Positions 30,219-39,804 of a stretch of DNA of 64,000 bases are shown here, one piece after another. The stretch covers positions 1,280,001-1,344,000 of the forward strand of contig CAXXJJ010000001.1 of NCBI GenBank assembly GCA_963667015.2, given 5' to 3'. A model generated the notes under the pieces. The model saw nothing but the letters and a program-made list of their open reading frames with translations, ran no database searches and was not told the DNA's origin. Numbering within the stretch: position 1 is the first letter of the stretch; each line of letters begins with the position of its first letter. This stretch comes from Desulfatiglandales bacterium (GTDB lineage: Bacteria > Desulfobacterota > DSM-4660 > Desulfatiglandales > HGW-15). The translations under genes and the position numbers were made by a program.

Positions 30219-31842
30219 TATTTTTAGTCTTCTTCGAAGATAGAGGGAATTCCATTGTCAGGCATGTGCCTTCAGGATAATTGGTTTCAGCATGTATATT
30301 CCCTCCAAATTCTTTTACAATTCCATAGGTAATAGACAGGCCTAATCCCATACCTTCGATTTCCTTGGTCGTGAAAAACGGTTCAAATATTTTATCTTTT
30401 AATTTTTCAGGGATACCGATTCCTGTATCACATACCTGGCATATAACCTTTTCTCCTTCTAATTTTGTTTTGACAGTAATCTTCTTTTCACCTTTAAGGG
30501 GTTTTTGGTTGGCCCATCTTTCCTCGATGGCGTCCCTCGCATTCAGAAAAAGATTTATAAAGACCTGCTCCAGACGGCCCGGATCTGCATCTATTTTGGG
30601 TAAATCATTTTCAAGTTCCCAGACTGTTTCTATTTCCCGTAATTTCATCTGCTGAATGAAAAATTCAAAGGCCTTTTCTATTACCTCATTAATCTGGACT
30701 TTTCCGATATCCATACTGGATTTTCGGGCAAATTCCCGCATGTTATTGATGATCCTGGTTGCCCTGTCAATATTTCTGTCCATTTTTTCAATGACTTCAA
30801 AAAGAGTGCCTTCATCGATGGTTTCCTTTTGTTCTGCCTTCATGGTGAAAAAGCCGCATGCGGTTTTGATTACCGAAAGAGGCTGGTTGAGCTCATGGGC
30901 CATTGCCGAGGCCATTTCGCCAAGGGTTCCCATTTTACTTGCCTGGATCAACTGCTGCTCGGTTTCGAGTCTTTTAGTGATATCACTGGTTGTAACCAGA
31001 AGTATCTTTCTCAGGGGGTATCCTGTCAGTGAGGCCCTGATATTGACAAAAATATTATCTCCTGAGCTGGTAATATGTCGTACACGGGTAAGCACAGCTT
31101 CCTTTTTGAGTGATTCCGTGTATTGCTTTCTCTCTTCTTGCTGAAACAGGTTCAGGAATGATTTATGTATTATCTCTTCTTTTTTATATCCGTATACAGA
31201 TTCAACGCTAGCATTGCAGTCAAGTATTTCGAGAGTATCATAATCAAGTACAAAAACCGAATTCGGGATGCTGTTAAAAATTTCCTGATATTTTTGTTCG
31301 GATATTTCAAGCTTCTTTTCAAGTTTTCGCTTTTCGGTAATATCGAGACTTATCTCCATTGTTGCAATAATTTCACCGGAAGCGTTTCTGATAGGGGATG
31401 TGCGTAAAATCCAGTGAGACATTTTTCCATTTTTATCCAGGCCGGTCTCTTCGCCTTTATGAACCATGCCATCCTCAAATGTCTTTTCAACAAGACAGTT
31501 TACGCATTTCTCATCTCTCCCCTTATAGGCGCTATAGCAGAATTCCCCGGGTTTTGGTTCAAACTGATTTGCGAATTCATTATTAAAATTCAGTAGCCTG
31601 AAATTTTTATCCTGGACTGTAATAAGACAGGGGACCTGGGCAAAAAGGATTTTAAATTCATCTCTCTGCTGCTGAAGTTCTGCCCGATCCCGGCTGATTG
31701 TTTTGGCCATCTGGTTAATGGACTGTGCAAGTTCTTCCAGTTCTTTATCACCCTGGACAGAGATCTCTGAAAATTTATCTCCACGGGTAATGGATTGAAT
31801 GCCCCTAATTATTGAATCAAAATGTTTCAGGCGGGTTTTCAT
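30208..31842 (-). CDS. Soluble HAMP-PAS-PAS histidine kinase
   Basis: N-terminal HAMP-like DKELEELAQSINQM, PAS segments, AHELNQP, NARDA, DTGIGI, GMGLGL; no TM seen. Confidence 0.88.
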   Translation of the reverse strand: MKTRLKHFDSIIRGIQSITRGDKFSEISVQGDKELEELAQSINQMAKTISRDRAELQQQRDEFKILFAQVPCLITVQDKNFRLLNFNNEFANQFEPKPGEFCYSAYKGRDEKCVNCLVEKTFEDGMVHKGEETGLDKNGKMSHWILRTSPIRNASGEIIATMEISLDITEKRKLEKKLEISEQKYQEIFNSIPNSVFVLDYDTLEILDCNASVESVYGYKKEEIIHKSFLNLFQQEERKQYTESLKKEAVLTRVRHITSSGDNIFVNIRASLTGYPLRKILLVTTSDITKRLETEQQLIQASKMGTLGEMASAMAHELNQPLSVIKTACGFFTMKAEQKETIDEGTLFEVIEKMDRNIDRATRIINNMREFARKSSMDIGKVQINEVIEKAFEFFIQQMKLREIETVWELENDLPKIDADPGRLEQVFINLFLNARDAIEERWANQKPLKGEKKITVKTKLEGEKVICQVCDTGIGIPEKLKDKIFEPFFTTKEIEGMGLGLSITYGIVKEFGGNIHAETNYPEGTCLTMEFPLSSKKTKNNEK

Positions 31843-31856
31843 AAAGATTCTCCAGT

Positions 31857-32738
31857 TTACTGTGTCCCGGTTTTATTGAGCTTTTCACGAAAAGCACCGG
31901 TAATGGCCAGATTCAGATCCAGTCGCAGATCCTTTTCAGATAACCCGATAGCTAATCCTAAAAGTTGAGGCAGGTATAATATACTGATTCTTAGATCCTT
32001 TTGATTTGTCTTTGATATCCTGTCCTGGTAGGCCTCCAGGTTCATCTGACACATGGGGCATACAGTTACTATAGCATCTGCTCCATAGGCGCCTTTGAGT
32101 ATTGCCCCTGTAAGTTCAAGGCCAACCTCTGTCTTGGTGTTCATATGGGAAGCTCCGCAGCACTTTCCTCCCATTTTCCAGGAATGAATATCCGCCCCGG
32201 TTGCCCTGATAAGCGGCTCCATTGAAACGGGCGCCTCGGGATCATCAAAGATTGCATAAGGACGAAGGCACTGGCATCCGTAGTAGGGCGCGATACGAAG
32301 ACCGGAGAGGGATTTTTTTAGCCGGTTTTGAATGATTTTGGGACCCAGATCCTTTGACATTATATCCAGAAGGTGACGCACATGTACCTTTCCCCTCAGC
32401 TCGAGCTGATTTTCCTTCAATACCTCGTTAAGTTTGATTTTTAGTTCCGGATCATTTTTGGCCTTTATTTCCACCTTCTTCAGGTTCAGGTAACAGGCGC
32501 TGCATGGCACGAGAATGTCTTTATCTCCATCCATTTTTTCCGCCAGAGCGATATTTCTTGCGGGAAGAGCAAGAGAAAGCAATGCACTTACCGATTCCGC
32601 GGCAGTGGCTCCGCAGCAGGTCCAGTCATCCAGTTCTGTTAAATTAACATCAATTTCCTTAAAGAAATTTTTTGTGGATGTATTGTATTCCAATGCTGTC
32701 CCTTCAAGTGAGCAGCCGGGATAATAGAAATAATTCAT
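31857..32738 (-). CDS. hdrB: Heterodisulfide reductase subunit B-like
   Basis: YYPGCS, WTCCG, PCSAC, YYGC, CCG, VCPMCQMNL. Confidence 0.92.
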   Translation of the reverse strand: MNYFYYPGCSLEGTALEYNTSTKNFFKEIDVNLTELDDWTCCGATAAESVSALLSLALPARNIALAEKMDGDKDILVPCSACYLNLKKVEIKAKNDPELKIKLNEVLKENQLELRGKVHVRHLLDIMSKDLGPKIIQNRLKKSLSGLRIAPYYGCQCLRPYAIFDDPEAPVSMEPLIRATGADIHSWKMGGKCCGASHMNTKTEVGLELTGAILKGAYGADAIVTVCPMCQMNLEAYQDRISKTNQKDLRISILYLPQLLGLAIGLSEKDLRLDLNLAITGAFREKLNKTGTQ

Positions 32739-33307
32739 GATCTTTCCTCCAACTCCTCGACCTTTTTGAATATTGCTTCAAGCGGATTAGGATTTCTGGA
32801 TGGAATTTCTATTGATACCTTCCCTTTACGAAACAGGTTAATACCTAATGGTGTGAATTTAAGCGGTAGAAAGGGATTTTTCATGGACAGAAAATAAAGG
32901 GACATGAACTCCATTTCATGAACCCTGCCATGTCGGCGAACACTGTCCATGAAGCTTTTATAAAATCGAACACTTTTTTTGTATGGCTTCATGTTTTTCT
33001 TGGAAGCAATCTGTTTGAGGGCACTCATTGCTTCTGTAATGGGTAATCCCCGAGGACATCTCAGGGTACAATAGTAACAGGCTGAACAGAGAGTAAATGT
33101 TCTGCTCTTAAAAATCTCTTCTTTTTGATCTGCCAGAACCATACGCCATAACTTTCGTGGAGTAATATCCATGGCAAAGGAGTTGGGGCATGAACCTGTA
33201 CATGTCCCGCATTGAATGCAGGGCCGGATCATTTCTCTGACAGGCCCCAATACACTGGATGAAGAACCGGTCTGATTTTCGTCTACTTTTTCTGCACGTG
33301 GACTCAT
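32735..33307 (-). CDS. hdrC: Heterodisulfide reductase subunit C-like
   Basis: CIQCGTCTGSCP, CSACYYCTLRCPRG; overlaps hdrB start. Confidence 0.9.
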   Translation of the reverse strand: MSPRAEKVDENQTGSSSSVLGPVREMIRPCIQCGTCTGSCPNSFAMDITPRKLWRMVLADQKEEIFKSRTFTLCSACYYCTLRCPRGLPITEAMSALKQIASKKNMKPYKKSVRFYKSFMDSVRRHGRVHEMEFMSLYFLSMKNPFLPLKFTPLGINLFRKGKVSIEIPSRNPNPLEAIFKKVEELEERS

Positions 33308-33327
33308 ATTTTATCCTCTTTAAAAAA

Positions 33328-36300
33328 TTAACTTAGAGCCGCATCAATAATATCAAACATCTGCTCTTCCAGAAAGCCTTCCACGACAGACGCGCTGTTT
33401 GGACAGACTGCAGCGCAGGATCCGCATCCCTGACACATCACGGGATTTATTACGATCTTTTCAAGGTCATGGTCCAGTCTGCGCGCTCCGTATGGACATG
33501 CATCAATACATCGTTCACACATGCTGCACAGGCTGTGGCGGACGGTTGCAACAATCTTCCCCGACGGCAGATACTCCTGTGTGAGTATCCTTAATGATTT
33601 TTGAGCAGCTGCCTCTGCCATGGCAACGGTTTCGTCAATTGAGCCAGGGGAAAGGGTGAGACCGCAGGCAAAAACACCCTCTTTGATTGAATCGACCGGT
33701 CTCCATTTGGTCTCAGCCTCCCTAAAAAAACCATCCTGGTCGACTGAGGCGCCAAAATATTCAGCCAGGTCCTTATCCAGGGTTGGCAAAATTCCCGTTG
33801 AGAGCACTACAAGGTCTGCGTCGATCCGTATATTTTGCCCCAGAATAGGATCATACCCGTTAACCTGAAGATTTTTTTCATCTGTTCCCACACCATCAGC
33901 TATTACAACCTCGGGTTTGCCATCCACATTGTACTGTATAAAAATAATACCGGCCTTACGGGCTCTGGTATAATAGGTCTCCATAAATCCATAGGACATC
34001 ATATCTCGATACAGGATATAGATCGCTATATCCGGATTTTTGTCCTTTAATTCCAGTGCATGTTTCAGTGCGGAGCTGCAGCAAACCCTGCTGCAGTAAT
34101 TCCTTGGCCCCTCCCTTGAATCTACACATTGTATCATTACAACGGAATCGAGTTTGTCGATATCAATACTGTTGTTATCTATTCCCTGTGCCAGTTCTTT
34201 CTGGGAGATAATTGCTTCACTCTTATCATAGTCATAGGAAGAGGTGGATGCCTCCATTCCTCCGGTCGCAAGTATTACCACACCATGCTCCAGGGATCTT
34301 AATTCTCCCTCTTTATCCTCTATAGTAGTGTAAAAATGTCCTACTTCCCCATGAGATGCCACGATCCTCGATGAAAGAGAAACCTGAATCAAAGGGTTCT
34401 TTTCTATCTTCGACACGGTATCATCCAGAAAGATTTTAACAGAATGACCTTCAAGCGTGTTTTTCAGCCATGATAGATTTCCCCCGAGTTTATCCTCCTT
34501 TTCGATCAGGGTTACCTCAAACCCGTGTTCTGCTATTCCAAGTGCCGCAGCCATTCCGGCTATACCGCCTCCTACCACCAGTGCTTTCTGATCTATTTTA
34601 ACAGCAGGTGCCTGGGACGGGTTAACACGTTTTATTCTGGCGATACCTGTTAAAAGGGCATTTTCCACATCGCCTATATATCTCTCAGGGTCTGTTTCCA
34701 TTTCTGTCCTGATCACGGGGTACAGGGATGACCAGATATCAACAACATCCATACAGTATGGATTAATACCGGATTCCTGACATAGTTCCTTTATCTTGCG
34801 GTTGTATACATATGGCAGACACGCCCCTATCAAAACCCTGTTGGGTTTATGACTTTCTACAAGTTCTTTTAGTCTATTAATACCCGTAGCAGTGCATGTT
34901 CTATCGATATATTCAATTGTGTCGACCGATGGATCACTTTTAAGGCGGGAGATGAGGTCGTCACTTTGTTTAAGGAGATCAGAAAAGATATGGCCGCAGG
35001 TACAAATCGCGATCATAATTCTGGGTAATTCCCGGCTGACATCTGTTTGTTCAGGAACCTTTGCCCGGACAGGGGCCAGGCTGCCGCCTGCAGAATGAAT
35101 AACCCGGGAAGCGGACAGGGCCGCGGCTGATGCCTGTATGACTGACTCATGAATATCTTTCAGCCCGGAATAGGATCCTCCGATTATGATACCTTCATGA
35201 CTGGTTCTGGTCATTGAAAAGGGCTCTGTCTGGAAGTATCCCCATGGATTAAGAGGGATATCAAGATTTTTTGATAAATCTCTGGTCCCTGGCGCAGGCC
35301 GCTGTCCTACAGCCAGGACAGCCATATCAAAATATTCCTCATTGAGTGCGCCTGACAAATCAAAGTAACACAGGTTTAGATTCCCATTTTCTTCATCCGG
35401 ATCTGCGGATACAATCGAATGAACCCGGCCTCTTTCAAAACGTACTCCATGGGTTTTTTCAGCCTCATCACGGTAACGTTGATAGGACTTTCCAAATGTA
35501 CGCATGTCCATATAAAAAATAGCTGTTTCTATTAGGCCACCGGACTTTTTCTTTGCCATAAGTGCCTCCTTTATGGAGTACATACAGCATATGTTTGAGC
35601 AAAAGTCCGAGTCAGTCTGTAAGTCACGTGAGCCCACACACTGGATCCATGCGATCTTATTAATCGGCCTGCCGGTGTGAGGATGTATCAGCTTTCCTTC
35701 AACAGGTCCGGTCCCGCTCAAAATTCTTTCAAACTCAAGGCTTGTAACAACATTGGGAAGATTTTTATAGCCAAAGGGGTTTTTCCCATCAGTTGGATCA
35801 AAATAAGAGGTGCCCCCGCAGAATATCACGGATCCGAACTCCATTTGAGGTCCTTTGGATGCCTCGACATCCTCATATATTTTTAGAATTTTAGGTATGA
35901 GTATCGCAGTGTCAAAGGGCTTGATCAGGTAGTCCAGGGCACCCGTTTTCATTGCCTCCACTGCGGTTTCTACTGTGGCGTATGCGGTCATCATAACCAC
36001 CTGCAGGTCCGGCAGCATCTCTTTTGCCTTCTGGAGTACCTCGACACCATCCATTCCAGGCATTTTTATATCCAGAAGCATTAACTGGAAGGGCTGTTGT
36101 ACTAGTTTTTCCAGGGCCTCAGAGCCTGAGCCAGCGGTATCAACTGCGAAACCTGTTTCATCATCAAGCCATGCCTTGAGGGAATCCCGGATAATGGACT
36201 CATCATCCACTACAAGAATCCTGAAATTTTTTCTTTCCTGTTCTGACAGTCGAACAGCACCTGTAGGACAGACCTCTTCGCAGGCACCGCAGCGGGTACA

Positions 36301-36792
36301 GGCAGATACGTCGATCTGATATGGATTGGGAATTGCATGGGGAACCGGCAGATAGATCGCCTTTCTGGATGTGAGTCCGGCATTGAATACGTCCTCCACA
36401 TCAACAGGACAGACTTCGGTGCACCTGCCGCATCCAATGCACAAGCCTGGATCTACCCAGTGCGGTTTCTGTTTCAGCCTTACCTGGAAATGGCCCGGTT
36501 CTCCCTCCAGGTCAGAGAGTTCAGTGGAGAGCAGGATCTCAATATTTTCATGAAAGAGCCCTTTTCGCAGACAATATTGAGATGAGGCATCCCTGTTAAC
36601 CAGGGGCAGCATTTTACACATGCCGCACTGATTTGTCGGAAACTGGTAGTCAAGCTGACTCAGGACTCCGCCCAGATGGGGTGATCGGTCAATCAAGGTT
36701 ACTCCATAGCCTGTTTCAGCCAGATCGAGAGCAGCACGTATACCGCTGATACCTGCGCCTACCACCAGGGCCTTACCGATCTTTTTTTTCAT
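33328..36792 (-). CDS. hdrA: Tandem HdrA-like flavoprotein with an inserted response-regulator receiver domain (1154 aa)
   Basis: Two VGxGxxG FAD modules each with IQCVxSR...CSxxCC; ferredoxin motifs; REC at aa ~190-307 (VVDDE, LLDIKMPG, MMTAY, LIKP). Confidence 0.9.
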   Translation of the reverse strand: MKKKIGKALVVGAGISGIRAALDLAETGYGVTLIDRSPHLGGVLSQLDYQFPTNQCGMCKMLPLVNRDASSQYCLRKGLFHENIEILLSTELSDLEGEPGHFQVRLKQKPHWVDPGLCIGCGRCTEVCPVDVEDVFNAGLTSRKAIYLPVPHAIPNPYQIDVSACTRCGACEEVCPTGAVRLSEQERKNFRILVVDDESIIRDSLKAWLDDETGFAVDTAGSGSEALEKLVQQPFQLMLLDIKMPGMDGVEVLQKAKEMLPDLQVVMMTAYATVETAVEAMKTGALDYLIKPFDTAILIPKILKIYEDVEASKGPQMEFGSVIFCGGTSYFDPTDGKNPFGYKNLPNVVTSLEFERILSGTGPVEGKLIHPHTGRPINKIAWIQCVGSRDLQTDSDFCSNICCMYSIKEALMAKKKSGGLIETAIFYMDMRTFGKSYQRYRDEAEKTHGVRFERGRVHSIVSADPDEENGNLNLCYFDLSGALNEEYFDMAVLAVGQRPAPGTRDLSKNLDIPLNPWGYFQTEPFSMTRTSHEGIIIGGSYSGLKDIHESVIQASAAALSASRVIHSAGGSLAPVRAKVPEQTDVSRELPRIMIAICTCGHIFSDLLKQSDDLISRLKSDPSVDTIEYIDRTCTATGINRLKELVESHKPNRVLIGACLPYVYNRKIKELCQESGINPYCMDVVDIWSSLYPVIRTEMETDPERYIGDVENALLTGIARIKRVNPSQAPAVKIDQKALVVGGGIAGMAAALGIAEHGFEVTLIEKEDKLGGNLSWLKNTLEGHSVKIFLDDTVSKIEKNPLIQVSLSSRIVASHGEVGHFYTTIEDKEGELRSLEHGVVILATGGMEASTSSYDYDKSEAIISQKELAQGIDNNSIDIDKLDSVVMIQCVDSREGPRNYCSRVCCSSALKHALELKDKNPDIAIYILYRDMMSYGFMETYYTRARKAGIIFIQYNVDGKPEVVIADGVGTDEKNLQVNGYDPILGQNIRIDADLVVLSTGILPTLDKDLAEYFGASVDQDGFFREAETKWRPVDSIKEGVFACGLTLSPGSIDETVAMAEAAAQKSLRILTQEYLPSGKIVATVRHSLCSMCERCIDACPYGARRLDHDLEKIVINPVMCQGCGSCAAVCPNSASVVEGFLEEQMFDIIDAALS

Positions 36793-36809
36793 AAGAATAC
36801 CTCTTTTAT

Positions 36810-38117
36810 TTAGACTCCATAAATTGCAACATCCGCCAGGTCAGGCCCCAGGTACTCGCGTTCATTTTCTCCGAGTATACCCAGAGAAAGACAGATCAAT
36901 GTCCATAGATGTACTGTATGGTATTTTGCTTCATAATGTTCAGCAAGGTCATGGATCTGTGCATGACAATTATGGCACGCTGCAATACAGTAATCGGCCT
37001 TTGTTGCCAGAATCTGTTTCAGTTTTATCTCTCCATATTTTCTACGGGCATCAACAAAACCAGATTGCAGAAATCCTCCTCCACCTCCACAGCAGTAATT
37101 ATTTGATTTGTTAGGAGTCATATCAACAAAATTCTCTTCGCCGACAACCGATTTAACAACAAACCGCAGATCATCGGCAATGGGGTCTCCATAACTTTTA
37201 CGCACGATCTGGCATGGGTCCTGTACCGTGAACTTGATCTTCAGGTCTTTGTTCCAGTCAGAGTTGACCTTGAGTTTGCCTTCGCGGATCCATTTTGCGT
37301 AATATTCATAGATATTTTTTACGACAAAGTTGTGTTTGATGTTGAATTTTTTCAGTCCTGCCAGGACTGAGTAGGTGACATGGCCTCATTCGGTATTGAG
37401 GAAGACCTTGCATCCGAGTTCATCGGCCTTGTTTGCCGAGGTCTGAGTAATGTGTTTCCATGCCTCATCGTCCGAAAGAAACATGCAGTAGTTTTCACCG
37501 GCCCAACCCTTGCTTCCATAGGTCCAGTCAGCACCAACCAGATGAAGAATCTTCCAGAGCGGGACCATTTCATCCGGTTCAGTAACGGGTTCCCTTGAAT
37601 TCTGGTTTACAAAGAAATAGGCACCTTTCTTATCAATGGGGGCCTCCATGTCTTTAAATTCAGGCTGGGCCTCCCTGTATTCCTCCAGCACATCTTCAAC
37701 AACAAAGGTAAAATCTTCGGGCGCTGTGCCCATGGCGCTGCAGCTGTCATTTCTCAGGGCCATATCACAGGAGCCCAAGATACCTTTTGGTCTTTCTTCC
37801 CGGGGCCAGGTGGCCCTGGCATTATAAACAAGCTGCGGGATATCTATTCGCATGGGGCAGACATAGATACAACGCTGGCACATGGAGCACATCCAGACCC
37901 ATGGTGTGCTTGTAATCACATCATCCATCCCAAGGGCAGCCATACGAAGAAATTTTCTGGGGTCCATTCCTTCCAGACCCGACGCAGGACAACCCGAAGA
38001 GCAGGCACCGCATGTCAGGCACAGGTTAAGATTGCCCCCTTCAGGCAGGAGATCTTTCACCTTATCCATAAAAATGCCTTGTTTCTTTTTCCCAAGTTTG
38101 ACTACATCCGCTGACAT
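36810..38117 (-). CDS. HdrD-like Fe-S oxidoreductase, selenoprotein with U244, 435 aa (paralog of 1085-2404)
   Basis: ORFs 37386-38117 and 36810-37205 in frame across TGA 37386-37388 (FLNTE-U-GHVTYS); identical SECIS hairpin. Confidence 0.88.
37352..37370 (-). promoter_or_regulatory. Bacterial SECIS-like hairpin
   Basis: TCAGTCCT-GGC-AGGACTGA, 15 nt after the TGA. Confidence 0.8.
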
Positions 38118-38140
38118 AACTTTTACCTCTTATTTGTTTA

Positions 38141-39283
38141 TCAGGAGATCCCTACAACCTCGTCAAATTCGTCTTCACGAAATTCAGATAAGGGTGGCAT
38201 ATCATCAAGGCTTTTACCTGCCTCATATCCAAATCCCTTTTGGGTTTTAAAGGCTATGGTACGAAAGAGTTCCATAACCGGTATATCGTTAGGGCAGGCA
38301 TTAGAGCATTGGCCGCAGCCTATACAGGCAGTGCTCATGTGAGCCAGCCTGGTGATATGGTAAAATGTAGTATCTGTGGGCATCTTGATCTGGCCCTTTC
38401 TTGCTGCCCATCTAAGATATTGTGAAGGTTCGTGGTTAAAGACATCGGTTACGAACACACACTCTTTGCAGTAACAGACAGGGCAGGCAACCCGGCAGTT
38501 ATAGCAGTTTACACAGTTGGCGAGATACCCTGTAAGTTTTCCAAGGTTGTTTGTTGCCTCGCTGGTTTCAGCAAACATATTATCCCGGTGGCTTATTCGC
38601 TCTGAAATCAGGGTATCTATGGCCTCTTTGCGTCCTGAAGGTTCAGCCGCTTCGGAAAGATTGAGTTTGCCCAATATAGCTTCACCCGCAGGTGTTTCTG
38701 GCTGAATCAGGATATGATCCTTTATATCCATCCCGTAAAGCCCTATGAGGATATCGGCACTGTTCGGCACGGGATATTCACAGGACATGCATGCCGTTGC
38801 AAGTTTTATGTCACCAAATGATGCACCCTTGCCCGAAAGGACGCTTTCATAAAAGCGTTGTGTGGAGCCCTTTTCATCCTCGGATACAAACCGGAAAAAA
38901 TCCGTGTTTTTATATGCCCCCAGACAATCGATCCCTACTATTATAATCTCATCCGTACGGCCCTGTTTAAGCTTTACAAGCTCTATAAAGGCCCTTATCT
39001 CACATGGACGTAAAACTACCGCTATCCTGCCGCCCGCGGGTTTGCGGGTAAGCCTGGATACAATCTTGGCTGCGTTCATGGGGAAGGCAGGAGACAGGGG
39101 ATCAACACCATCCAGTTGTTCCGGATCGCTGATCAGAACCGGCATTACCATATTCTTCATCGGAAGAAGTTTGGGAACCAGGATCGCGCTGATCTCATCC
39201 AGCTCCAGGATAGATCTAAAAAAACTCTGAAGAGATTCTAAAAGTTCCGTGTCTTTTGTATCAACTTTTAATGCGTTTAACAT
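38141..39283 (-). CDS. FdhB/FrhB-like Fe-S protein
   Basis: VLRPCE, GIDC, ACMSC, CVNCYNCRVACPVCYCKEC, CIGCGQCSNACP. Confidence 0.75.
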   Translation of the reverse strand: MLNALKVDTKDTELLESLQSFFRSILELDEISAILVPKLLPMKNMVMPVLISDPEQLDGVDPLSPAFPMNAAKIVSRLTRKPAGGRIAVVLRPCEIRAFIELVKLKQGRTDEIIIVGIDCLGAYKNTDFFRFVSEDEKGSTQRFYESVLSGKGASFGDIKLATACMSCEYPVPNSADILIGLYGMDIKDHILIQPETPAGEAILGKLNLSEAAEPSGRKEAIDTLISERISHRDNMFAETSEATNNLGKLTGYLANCVNCYNCRVACPVCYCKECVFVTDVFNHEPSQYLRWAARKGQIKMPTDTTFYHITRLAHMSTACIGCGQCSNACPNDIPVMELFRTIAFKTQKGFGYEAGKSLDDMPPLSEFREDEFDEVVGIS

Positions 39284-39320
39284 CAGTTCCTCCGAATTTC
39301 CATATAAGCATTACCAGCCT

Positions 39321-39743
39321 CTATATAACCATCTTCAGTTTGGCGGCGTTTGGTCCCAGGGCCTTTACCTGTGTGACCAGTTCCCGCATAATCTCGGCAA
39401 ACTGGATCCCGTCACTGGCACCGATCCATGTGAGCCTGAGCCGCTCCGGTTCAAAGCCAAACTGGGGAAGGATCTCTTTTAAAAGCTTTATCCTCCTGCG
39501 GGCCTTGTAGTTGCCATTTATGTAATGACAGTCACCCGGGTGGCACCCACTGACCAAAACGCCGTCAGCTCCTTCCAGAAATGCCTTGATTACATATTGC
39601 GGATCAACCATCCCCGTGCACATGACCCGAATCAGCCTTATGTTTTTGGGATAGGTCAATCTGGATGTCCCGGCCAGATCAGCCGCGGTGTACGTACACC
39701 AGTTGCAGACAAAGGCGACAATACTCGGTTCAAAATTTTCCAT
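39321..39743 (-). CDS. mvhD: MvhD-like [2Fe-2S] protein
   Basis: FVCNWCTY.AADLAG, RVMCTG, GCHPGDCHY. Confidence 0.92.
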   Translation of the reverse strand: MENFEPSIVAFVCNWCTYTAADLAGTSRLTYPKNIRLIRVMCTGMVDPQYVIKAFLEGADGVLVSGCHPGDCHYINGNYKARRRIKLLKEILPQFGFEPERLRLTWIGASDGIQFAEIMRELVTQVKALGPNAAKLKMVI

Positions 39744-39804
39744 AGCTTTCTCCAGATTATTTCAAATCAATCAGTATAGTCAGAAATACGGAATCCGGGT
39801 TTGT

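Noticed and set aside
39321..39743. Selenocysteine in MvhD, as in some homologs
   Set aside because: All motif positions are Cys codons in an uninterrupted ORF.
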